From NCBI GenBank assembly GCA_028534125.1, contig CM052817.1:76510001-76574000 (forward strand): DNA of 64,000 nucleotides, given 5' to 3'. This document shows positions 51,269 to 62,024 of the stretch, in pieces (within the stretch, counting starts at the first letter, position 1; each line of letters starts with the position of its first letter). Below the pieces are notes generated by a model, which saw only the letters and a program-made list of their open reading frames with translations, was not told where the DNA came from and did not search any database. The DNA comes from Lama glama (taxonomy: Eukaryota). The position numbers and the translations under genes were made by a program.

Positions 51269-54200
51269 GGTTATATTATTTTTATATGCCAAAATATATA
51301 ATTATAAACTTTTTAAAAGCACTCAGATAAATTTTAAATGACTAAGCATTGTAAAAAGTAATGTTTTTCCAATATCAATGCATATGTATTAATGTCAACC
51401 CTCATTTGAAGTAATCATTGTTTATTTTATAAAGGTTATTGGCTTATATTTTAATTTCTGTATTTATTAATTCAACTATCATTCATTCATATACAATTTA
51501 CAGAGCCAATGTGACAAGCAGATTACTAAAGAATTAGCTCAGAGATTTGTGCAACTCAAAGAAGCTATTACTATGCTTCTAATGGCCTAAGGAAATACAA
51601 GACAGGTTTGTTTTTTTTCTAACGTTGTTCCACTTTCCCCTTCAAAATAGAAACTGGTTGCCAGTGAATTCAAAGTTTTCTTCCTAAGTAACTTCAAAAA
51701 ACAAAGAAATTAAAATCCTATTTTTCTCTCAAAAGAAACTTTTTTGAAATGAAAGTAAATACTTTCAGTAATGTGAATGCCACAGTTGCTTATCTATGGT
51801 TATGTTTTCAGAAAAGCAAAATTTACCACAAAAAAAGGGTGGAGTTTCTGTACCCAATGTCAAAGAAATATATAACCACATGTTTTCAATATTAAAATTT
51901 TTTTAATATTATAGACTAATTTGTGTTTTATTATATAATCAATATTACAATATATCAGTTATACTCTCTCAGTATAACTGAAACACAAAATTGCAATCTT
52001 GCAGGGAAAATACTGTGGATGCTTTTTGTCATTAAGAGATATCACCAAAATGAATGAACTCCAATTCTTTTCAGTCGTTTTTGTCACTTGGCTAAAGATT
52101 TGCATTCCCTTCCTTTAATTCTTGCTTCCTAGTTCTCTAAAACTGAAATTCTAACTACCATGTAAAATACATAATACATACAAAATACACTTGCTTAATA
52201 AAACGGTCAGACCAAAAACTCTTTTCTCCACAAGTATCCACTGACTTTTGGGAAACTTATCCCTTGCCTTTGGAGAAAATCACGTGGGACCCTTAGGTTT
52301 CCCATCTTTTCCTAACTAAAGAGCAAGCATGTGGTCAAACTAGACCAATCATAACACTGCAATAAAGCTTTTTTTTGGTCTCTAAAAACAAACAAACTGA
52401 CAAAATTTTAATTAATAATAAAGTATAAAAAGTACAACCATGTATTTGTCAAAGCAAGCTTTCTAAAAATTGCACCTAAATATCTCTTAGGCATGACTAC
52501 TAACCAGTCCTCTCTACACACTTCATATTTACTCCGATAATCTCAGAATTGCCATTGATAACAGGATAATCTTGTAAGAAAGTTATGGTTATACTTATTA
52601 TTCTCCATCAACAATAAACGGGCTGGAAAGAGCAAAGTCAAAGAGGCGTAAAACATTTTGCTTTAAACACAAAGAAAATCAATACTAATCTGATCCAGTC
52701 AAGAAGTAAAAGCACACGTTATTCATCATTCAACCTTTTTTTTCAAATTTACCCTTGCCAGATACAAGGTTTTTAATATTGTCATAGAATTTGATGATTA
52801 TGTTCAATTAGAGGAAAGAAAAATACTACACTGGACAAGTTCATTCCCAAACTAGGCATTTTTAAAGTTGACTACATTTTAAAAAAAATGAAATTTAATT
52901 AAAAAAAAAAGTTTTCCATAATATCCATCATAGGCACTGTCAGTAATAGTCCTCCTTCCAGCCTTTTATTTATGTATTCATTGATATAAATATTGACTGA
53001 ACAACTATGATAGGCTACCATGACTATGGGCGCCAGGGTTACAGCTGGGAATTAAACAGACAATTCCATGTTTCTATAGAACTTGTATCTTGATTCTCTT
53101 TGGTCCTGACCACTTAAGTGACAAGGACCCCCATCCTTGAGGTCCTCTCTCTTTCTGTTAATAATATCATGCTAATTTTCTTAGCGCCTTATTCCTGAAC
53201 TTTAAAAATTCTTGGAAGAGGTCAGTTTCACCACAAAGACTTAGATTTCAAATTGTTTGTACCTCACCGGTAAAACTTTTTTTTTTTTTTTACTTATTTT
53301 TAGTTGAATTTCATATTGCATACCAGTAAATAGTTTTTGTAAACATTTCTAGGCTTCTCTAATTCCCATCCTTACACAGCCACACCTACATCAACAGATG
53401 ATAACATATCTTACTCAGAAGAGAGACAGGAAATTGGGAAGGCAGGTAAATTCCAGAAAACAGAAAGTTGAGATCTTTAAGGAAGAGTATGCAGGTTGCA
53501 AAGAGAAGCAAGACTAAAACCCTGTTGAACACTGAGTGTCAGAGCCTAAAAGGATAAATCAGCAAGAAGAATTAAAAAGCACTGGAGGAAGGCTGATTGG
53601 AATCCAGGGTCTGAAAGGCCAAGGAAAGATGTTTCAAAAAGTAGGAAAAGCAGACAATGTCAAGAATGTTGTAAAAATTTGTATCTGTGCTCATACTTTA
53701 ATCCAGTTTACTCAGATTATTCTTTGTTCTTAATCACTTTATTCTGTTTTTCAGTAAAATATTTCTACAAAAGTAACTGAATAAAAGTATAAACAACCTT
53801 GAGCTGGAACTAAGTCTATGGTTCCAGTTATTAGTCACTTGGTAAGGCTGCTGATTGGCTATGAATATCTTTCCTGTTTTTCAAAATAATATACATGATA
53901 CCTATTCTACTGAAACATTTTTTGAAGATCAGATTGGTATGCATATGAATAACTCTGATAAAATATCATATGACTTAAGAAGATATTTATGTTTTAGAAA
54001 AAAAGTTTTTTTTTAACTACAGGCTTGCTTTGATTCTACCTTTCTGCTATCTCATCTGCTAAATGTTAAATTATTTTTTTCATTTATTTAATCAGATTGA
54101 ATACAGTACCACACATGGGAAGGGATCTGATATAATCTTTAAGACTCTACTCAGGAAATTATAATCAAGAAAGAGGTAATTTTAGACTAAAGAAGTATGA

Positions 54201-55989
54201 TTGAAATTCACACAAGAAAGTTATCCTGAGATAAACTTCTGGGAGCAAAGAAGGAGGGACAATGTTAACAAAGGAGTTAATTTAACAAAGTCAGTGACAA
54301 GCATGTCAACCAAAAACTTGAGAAGAATTTGCAAGTCTTTTAGAAGTCAACTGGTTACTGCATTTTCTTTTTCTTTCTTTTTTTTTTTTTTAAGTCTTGC
54401 TATTTCACATAGAAAATGAACTTGAATCACTACAATTTTGCCTAAATGGATATGAAAGAATTTTCAAATGGTCATTACAACCCTTTCAACTAAAAAAAAA
54501 AAAAAGTAGTATTGCTTGTTTTTCTAGATTATATCACTGAAAATAATCTAAAGGATTAATTACCCTTGTTGAACCACCATTTAGGAAAGCAGCACTGATT
54601 TTTTGAGGGACGTCATTGCTGAAAAGCTCCATATCATCTTTCTTCTACTGTGAGTGTGTATCCATAACCGAAGACTCCAGACTGCTCTTTGGCAAAATGA
54701 TTTTTTAGAGCACGCATACAGTTGAATATACCTGTGTTATGCACACACACGGTATTTGTAACATATGTATATGTGCACAGAACTCTTCCTATTTTCCAAA
54801 TCCTTTTCTCGTTCCTGCCATGAGCTCTGCCGTTGCTGTTTTCTCAAAGCAAACTTATTCCTCCAGATCTTTATTCTGCTCAGTCCATCACCTTCCTCGC
54901 ATCTCTGATAAAATGTCACTTACTCCAACTTTTCTTTCTTGACAATCTTATCTAAATAGAAGCCAGGACCTCAAGAACAAGTCTAACCAAGTTTTCTCAG
55001 AACAATTTTTCAGATAAAGACAACTGAGTTTTCTCTGTTACAGGATAGAGATCCCCTGATTTTGTGCACTCTCATCATTCCTGTAACTGTCCTCCAAATG
55101 CTTTCCAGCTTATCATCATAGCTCTTATTTGCCCGTCTAAAACTCAGAAAACTGGATATACTACCTCCTTCATTCTAGAGGTTTATGCTTCTATTAAAGT
55201 ACTTTGAAATTTTATTAGCATGTTTGACCATCATCTTTTCCTGCTGACTCACACACTAAGCTTACTGGAAGTTTAAATGCCTTAATTACATGGGATTCTA
55301 TTGCGCCATTATGTTCTTTTAGATTTTGTAGTTATTTCTTGAACTCTGGTACCAGGCTCCACATGGATACGTATTAAATGTGTTATATTTGGCTCATCAT
55401 TTCCAAATTGTTGATACAGTTCTGATGTTCAGTTCTTTTTGCTGATTTACTTATTTGTGGATCTCCTCTCAGAAATTTGTTCTAAAATTTTCCAAGTGAA
55501 TGATAAAGATTTCATTAAATTGTTTGAACTATTTTTGCCCTAGAGGGATGGTTAAACGCTTGTTGGAACCATCAGTCCCCAGAGCACAATGACACTTTGC
55601 AAGTCTACAGAGCTACAAAAGCATGATTCGTAATTCAGTTAAACATAATAGGGGTGCAACCTTTGCCAAGGAAACTCTGAAACTGCTTTAATCATTCTGA
55701 TCAAACTTCGTTTTCTGGCTAGCATGCCTAGTTTGGTTTGCCTGAAGATCAAATGCTGAAATTGTTCTGGGCAGTCTTCCTAATGATGTTCACTCCAAAC
55801 CTTGTCACTGGGGCCCTCGTCCATTCACACGGCTCCAAGTGCAAATTCTGTGGCGTTCCAGTTAAAATGTAAGGCTCCAGTCCTGACTAGCTCGCACTCA
55901 CTGTTCAGAAATATTCTTAAGTGTCGATTCTCCTGTAACAGGATCATCCTTATCTAATCAGGTGATCCTCTTACTTTGAGAAACCACCT

Positions 55990-56255
55990 TCTTCAACATT
56001 AGCAAGTGTACTGAGGAGAAACCAACCTTCATCATACATCACCTTTCCAGCCCATCAGTGGCCCAGGCCCTACTAGTAAGAATGCCACTGTACTTTGTAC
56101 CTTCACTATATAGTTCCTAGCACAAACCCTGTAAGTAATTATCTGTTTAACGCGTGTCCACATCATAAGATTGTGACAACTGCAGTGCTAGAAATCAGGT
56201 CTGTTGCTCACCATTGGAGCACTAAGATTAACACAGTGTCCTCCCCCAGGTAGGT
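55990..56255 (+). mobile_element. L2 3' end
   Basis: ttatctgttt...agattgtgacaact...caggtctgttgctcaccattg...acacagtgtc...taggt. Confidence 0.55.
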
Positions 56256-56485
56256 TTCCTTTCTCTTATTTATACTATGCTAGTATGTTCAGGTGGCTAT
56301 AATAAAATGCCATAAACTTAGTGGCCTTTAAACAACAGAAATGTATTCTTCTCATAGCTCTGGAGTCTAGAAAGTCCAAGATCAAGAGCCTGCTCCCTGG
56401 CTCAGAACAGACAGTATCCTCACTGTAACCTCACGGGGTGGAAGTGGGTCGAGAGAGCACTCTGGGACCTCGGTTACGAGGGTGC

Positions 56486-56804
56486 AGTAGGGAAGTAAAA
56501 GGTGCCACCCCAAAATATGTTCTCTGGTGGATTATTTTTAAGAAACAGAAGACTCGGGAAGTCTATCTTTTTACCTTCCTTTTAGATGCCTAAAGACTTA
56601 CGATAAAGAGCCTATTCCAAGAACAGTGCTATCACCAGAGATATCAACAAAGAATATGGGGTATGCCTGAAACTAACGTAATACTGTAAATCAGCTATAC
56701 GTCAATAAACAACAACAACCCCCCCCCAAAAAAAAGAATACAGGCATGAGGTGCGGTGGGGGAGAAATCAGTCCACTCTGCCCCATTGTCTCTGCAGGGC
56801 CTGG

Positions 56805-56840
<36 letters not shown>

Positions 56841-57115
56841 GTTTTCTATCTCTGTATGAATTGCCTTTCTCTGAAGCCCCAGACCACTTCCCCAACACTC
56901 TGTTTCATCTTTAGCTGAAGACAGTAGTTAAGGTGAGGGCTTTGGCTATTTTGGCAAGTTACTCAGTTTTCCTGAGTTTCTCCCATGTATACAGAAGGTA
57001 TACATGCTATTAACCTTTTGTTTGTTTTCCCCTGTTAATCTGTTTCCTGAAAATTTAACTCTTAGACCAGCCAGAAGAACCTAGAAGGGTAAAGGTTATT
57101 TTTTTCCTCTCAACA
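56486..57115 (+). mobile_element. ERV1 solo LTR (MER34-like)
   Basis: gccaccccaaaatatg start; ttactcagttttcctgagtttctcccatgtatac...gaacctagaagggta...ttcctctcaaca end. Confidence 0.75.
56662..56732 (+). mobile_element. Short L1 3'-tail inside the LTR
   Basis: cctgaaactaacgtaatactgtaaatcagctatacgtcaataaa; flanking repeat aaagaata at 56649 and 56733. Confidence 0.75.
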
Positions 57116-57929
57116 ACACTCTTGCTGCCCTCATGACTTGATCTCCCAAAGGCCTCATCTCCAAATATCATCACACGGGTAAGTAGGTTTCCACATATGA
57201 ATTTAAGGGGGACATAAGCATTCAGTCTACAGCATGTAGGAAAAATATAATGCTTGGCCCTAAAGTTTTAAAATTCTAACTAAATTGGGAAACCTATGAG
57301 TTGATTCTATCACCACCACCATAGCACCTAGGCAATTAACTGATTTAGATCCAACATTTTTAAGGGTCTCAGAAATAATGGGCATACAAATACATGCACA
57401 TGCACACACCCCCACAGCCACAAACAATTGTTCCACTTGGGATTCACCAGCCACACTCACATACATTCTGTACGTCTGCTGTTGTTGGTCCTGAGATCTA
57501 CGCTGTTCAGGTCCTAAGAAGTACTTCTTCATACCTCTTGTTCTAAGTCCTTAGAAGAAAACAACTCTGTGTGTCATGAAGGTTTGCAGATGGTGTTGCT
57601 GTCATTGTTGAAGACAAATACTATTTTGCATTGCAGAGAGGACTTGTGTGATGGAAATGCTTCGATAAAAGACGATTTAATTAACTTGTCAAATCCTTCC
57701 TCTCAGATGGCAAGAATGTAAAAGATTCTTGCATAATAAGGTACTGTGTCAAACATCTGCTTTCTTGTTTTTCTTGGTGCCCCAGATTGTGATACCAGGG
57801 TACCACAACTTAGTACCTTAGTCACCACAATGGTGTGCAGTGGCTGAGAAATTTTTTTCAGTATTAAATATTCTGTTCTATTTTTAAACTTGTGTGTGTA
57901 TTATAATTTAGACACAATGTGTATGCAAT

Positions 57930-58296
57930 AGTTATCAGTCAGAGTCCTCCAGAGAAACAAAATCAAATAAACTACACACATATAGAGAAAGAGAGAGACA
58001 GAGAAATAGAGACAGAAACAGAAGTTTATTAGAAGGAACTGGCTCATTTGATTACAGAGGCTGACAAGTCCCAAGATCTGCAGGGTGACTGGCAAACTGG
58101 GGACCCAGTAGAGTCAATGTTTCTGTCAGAATCCAAAGGCAGAGAAAAACCAATGTCCCAGAGGGAAGGCTGAAAGACACGTGGAAGGAATCAAGGGGTC
58201 CTCACTCACTTGGGGGAGGGTCAGCTTTTTCCTTTTATTCAGGCCTTCAATTAATTGGATGAGGCCTACCCACAGTAAAGAGAACAGTCGGCTTTG
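57930..58296 (-). mobile_element. MLT2 (ERVL) LTR, truncated
   Basis: agtcagagtcctccagagaaaca...gaggctgacaagtcccaagatctgcag...attcaggccttcaattaattggatgaggcctacccaca. Confidence 0.9.
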
Positions 58297-58308
58297 CACA
58301 ATTATCAT

Positions 58309-58435
58309 ACATTTGGTCCTGTCCAAAATGTCTATTGAGACATTTGGTCCATGCTAAAAGGTCTTTGAAATTTGGTTCTATCAAAAACGTTCATAAACAA
58401 ACTTGGTCCATGCCAAAAGGTCCTGTCAAAAACAC
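58309..58435. repeat. Degenerate tandem array of about 30-bp quasi-palindromic units
   Basis: ttggt recurs at 58313, 58344, 58372 and 58403, each followed by an aaaa-n-gt motif. Confidence 0.75.
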
Positions 58436-59364
58436 CCACACTTAGAAAACATTCCCAGGTTCAATTATCTCACAACATTTATGAATACTATTCATTTACA
58501 GGATTAATACATAAAAAATACTATCATGTTTCCTTGGTCCAATAATTGTGCTGTGGCTGTATTTCCAATAATAGCCCTTCTTGCCTCAGTAGCCTAGCTG
58601 GTAATGGCACATGGGTTTAGGTAGATGGTTTAAAGTTTGATCTTGCAGAAGAATGAGATTAATATTAACCAGGAGTACCAAAAAGAAAAAATAGTCCTAT
58701 CTATGGTTAGAGGACAAAGGACAACAAAATGAGGATGGGATCTTACAATGCATGGTCAATTAGTATGTCATTGGACTTTTGGATGTGGCTGAGTTGTTCA
58801 ACAAGGGTGGAGTTTGAAAGAAAGAGCTTGATCAAGTCACTATGTAAAATATGTGGCAAACATGTTGACATAAACACTTTACAGAGCATCTTGCTTGTTC
58901 TGGAAGAGTAAGAATAGTGTGTCTCTCCCACCAGATAGTGGTCAGATGTAATAGTCACCATGAGGGAGACACTGGGCATATAATTAAACCCCCTACATCT
59001 ATCCCATAGCCCAGGGTTAAGAGGCAATGCTACTCTTGATTAGATGCCCTGTAGAGGTACGATCATAGCAGATCACAAGAAATGTCTGCTGCTATCTGGA
59101 GAAGTTTTAGTGGATGTGATTCTCACAATTATCTGCCAATTGCCAGTGCCTAGCTACTGACCTAGCCCAGTCAAACTGGGTATTGAATCCAGAAGATGTC
59201 AGTTAAGTTTCCCTCTACCAGTAAACCAGCAACCATTGGTCAGATGGCTATAAAAGAAAAAAAAACTCTTTCCCTGTTGCTTGGCAATATACTTTTATTT
59301 TCAACATTCTCAGTGAAATATGGCAGAAACAGTATACTCACAAAAACAAACAATGTACACATAC

Positions 59365-59487
59365 ATATATATTTTCTTTTCAGATTCTTTTCCACTACAT
59401 GTTCTTACAAGAAACTGAATATAGTTCCCTGTGCTATACAGCAGTTTCTTGTTGTTTATCTGCTTTATATATAGTAATGTGTGTCTA
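59365..59487 (-). mobile_element. Young L1 3'-UTR fragment, antisense
   Basis: ttttcagattcttttcc...tgaatatagttccctgtgctatacag. Confidence 0.88.
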
Positions 59488-61836
59488 CACAGAATCGGAT
59501 AGAAAGAGAAGAGAAGCAATCAAGTTGGGACCTGTGGCCCTGGGATTGGACTCAGAGGAAAATGAAGATTACATGGATGGAGATCCACCCCGAGAGGAGT
59601 GAACAGTTCAGCCACATATTGGGCAACCAGCCCTGAGGACAAATACAAGGAAGATGAGCCCCCTCAGCTGGTTAAGATGGCTGGTGGGGCGTGGGACTAA
59701 GAGGAGGGCTGTGGGAAGCCTTGGCTCTGCTTGTGAGGAGTATGTGTATGCTTGCTTGCTCCCAAAACAGAATGGAGAGGGGAGATTCAAACTGTGCTAG
59801 TGGCTGACTGATTTCCCATGATAGCTCTAGTGTAAGACCCAGTCTGAGCCAAGCAAATGCTCCAGCTCCGCCAACTTCATGTTGCAGCTCTTTACCAGAA
59901 CAAAGGCTATTATGACCCAGGAAAGAGCTCACTGATGAGATACGGAGGTGGCTCAGACCCAAAGTAGCATCTGAACATGGCAGGGGAAGCCATTACTGGC
60001 CCTTGCACAAGCAGCACATCGGAAGCAGCTCTGAACTCTGTAGCTAGAACACCAAAGACCCCACCCCAACCCACAACAGGAGACAAATGGGCCCCACTTT
60101 CCCTGTGGCATACCTCCACACCAAGGTGGGGACAGCAGAGGCCAAGGGGAGAGATCAGCTGTAAGGGGTGAAGGAGACTCAGCCCCAAAGTAGCCTCTGA
60201 GTAGGGCAGGGGCATCTATGACTACTGCTTGCACAAAACAATGCATCAGAAGCAGCTTGGACCTCTGTCTGCAGTCCAACCATTGCAGCCTGTGCCCAAT
60301 CACACACCAACAGCCTATGTGGGCACCTCTTCCACCTGCACTGTTTTCTTCTGGAGCAAAAATGCTGGTGCTGTGAGTGGTGAAAGCCTGCACTTACAGG
60401 AAACAGAACCAGCTTGGATCTGCCCCTCAGGGCTTCTGTCTAGTGATTTAGGACAGTAACTTACGCCTGATAGGGCAGCAACGGCCAGTGAGCAGAGGGG
60501 AAGCCTGGCTCATAGCTGGCTCCATCCCTAGCCCCTCTTTCTCTAGCCCAACTTCCTACACAGGTGACAGTTGCCAGCATACCCTGAGGAGAGATGTGAC
60601 TTGGGTTCACATCACATCTAGCTCTCCCACCAAAGGCACAGGGCACATGCAGACTGTATAGGGACATTCTAGCATAAGGACACCCCTTCAAAACCACAAC
60701 AGGTAACAGCTTCATGTAATTTCATAGAGACAGAGAAAGTTAAGCAAGATGAAAAAACAGAGGACTTGATTTTAGTTGAAAGAGCAAGAGAAGAGGTCTA
60801 ACAAAAAACAAATAGTGAAATAAATGATTTACCAGGTAAAGAATTCAAATCATTAGTAATAAAAATTCTAACTGAATTACAAAAGAGAACAGATGAACAC
60901 CGAGAATTTTAACAAGGAGCTAAAAAATGTAAAAAAAAAAAAAAAAGAACTAATCAGAACTAAAGAATACAATAACTGAAATGAAAAGCACACTAGAAAG
61001 AATTAATGGCAGACTAAGTGATACAGAAGAATACATAAGTGATCTGGAAGACAGAATACTATAAATTACCCCATCAGAAAAGCAAAAAAAAGTTAAAAAA
61101 GAACAGTTTAACAGATTTTGGATTTAACATTAAGTGTACCAACATTCATGTTCTAGGGGTCACAAAAGGAGAAGAGAGAAGGGGGTCAAAATGTATTTAA
61201 TGGAATTATGGCTGAAAACTTCTCAGACCTTAAAAGGAAACAGATATGTGGGTTCAGGAAGCACACAGGGTCCTAAATAAGATGAACCCAAACAGACCCA
61301 CACAAAGACATACTGTAATTTAAAATGGCAAAAATTAAATATAAAGAGAATTCTAAAGGCAGCAAGAGAAAAACAAAGAGTCAGATACAAAAAAAAAATC
61401 TCATGAGGCTATCAATTGATTTCTCTATAGAAACTTTGCAGGCCAGAAGGAAGTGTCATGTTATATTCAAAGTATTTAAAGGGAGAAAACTGCAATCTAG
61501 TATACTCTACGCAGCAAAACTATCATTGAGAGTTGAAGGAGAGAGAACTTCTCAAACAAAAACTAAGAGTTCATCAGTACTAAACCTACTGTAAAAAAAA
61601 ATGTTATAGAGTTTTCTTTAAGATAATAAGAGAAGACTATATCAGGAAGGAAGAATCTATACAAAAGGAAAAATCTAACTAGTAAAGGCAAATAAATAGT
61701 AAAGGTTGATGATCAACAACTTAAATAAGCTAGTACAAACATGAAAAGACAAAAAAAACTGTGAAAACAATTACAACTACAATCAACAGTGAAAATGTAA
61801 AGTATGGCATTAAAAACACAAATGTAGGGGAAGTGT

Positions 61837-61970
61837 GGGGGGAAAGTATAGCTCAAGTGGTAGAGCACATGCTTAGCATGCACAAGGTCCTGGGTTCAAT
61901 CCCCAGTATCTCCTCCAAAAAGTAAATAACTAAACCTAATTACCTTCCCTCCCAAAAATTTAAAAAAAAA
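61837..61970 (+). mobile_element. tRNA-Ala-derived camelid SINE (Vic-1 type)
   Basis: A box tagctcaagtgg, cttagcatg anticodon-loop remnant, B box ggttcaatcc, aaacctaattacc tail, A tract. Confidence 0.93.
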
Positions 61971-61973
61971 TTT

Positions 61974-62024
61974 TTGACAAAACATTGTAAATTGACTATA
62001 ACTCAATAAAAAATGTTAAAAAAA
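61974..62024 (+). mobile_element. L1 terminal tail appended to the SINE
   Basis: tgacaaaacattgtaaattgactataactcaataaaaaa matches the L1 ends at about 18105, 30192 and 31690. Confidence 0.8.

Larger units (their letters stand above)
56272..57233 (-). mobile_element. MaLR LTR (MLT1A-like), split by an ERV1 LTR
   Basis: ggctataataaaatgccataaacttagtggc...aagtccaagatcaag and ccctcatgac...cccaaaggcc...catatgaattt...cattcagtctacagca. Confidence 0.88.

Noticed and set aside
51955..51981. 11-bp perfect inverted repeat (tcagttatact/agtataactga)
   Set aside because: Short and AT-rich; could arise by chance, and no context supports a function
58309..58435. CRISPR-like array
   Set aside because: Mammalian DNA; units are degenerate, directly adjacent and have no unique spacers
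59953..60459. Antisense and sense ORFs in the L1 5' UTR (ORF0-like)
   Set aside because: GC-richer UTR sequence is naturally stop-poor and the element is decayed; no similarity to ORF0 recognised
61837..61915. tRNA-Ala gene
   Set aside because: The tRNA-like head continues into a SINE-specific tail and A tract within a TSD; a second diverged copy lies at 8670-8806
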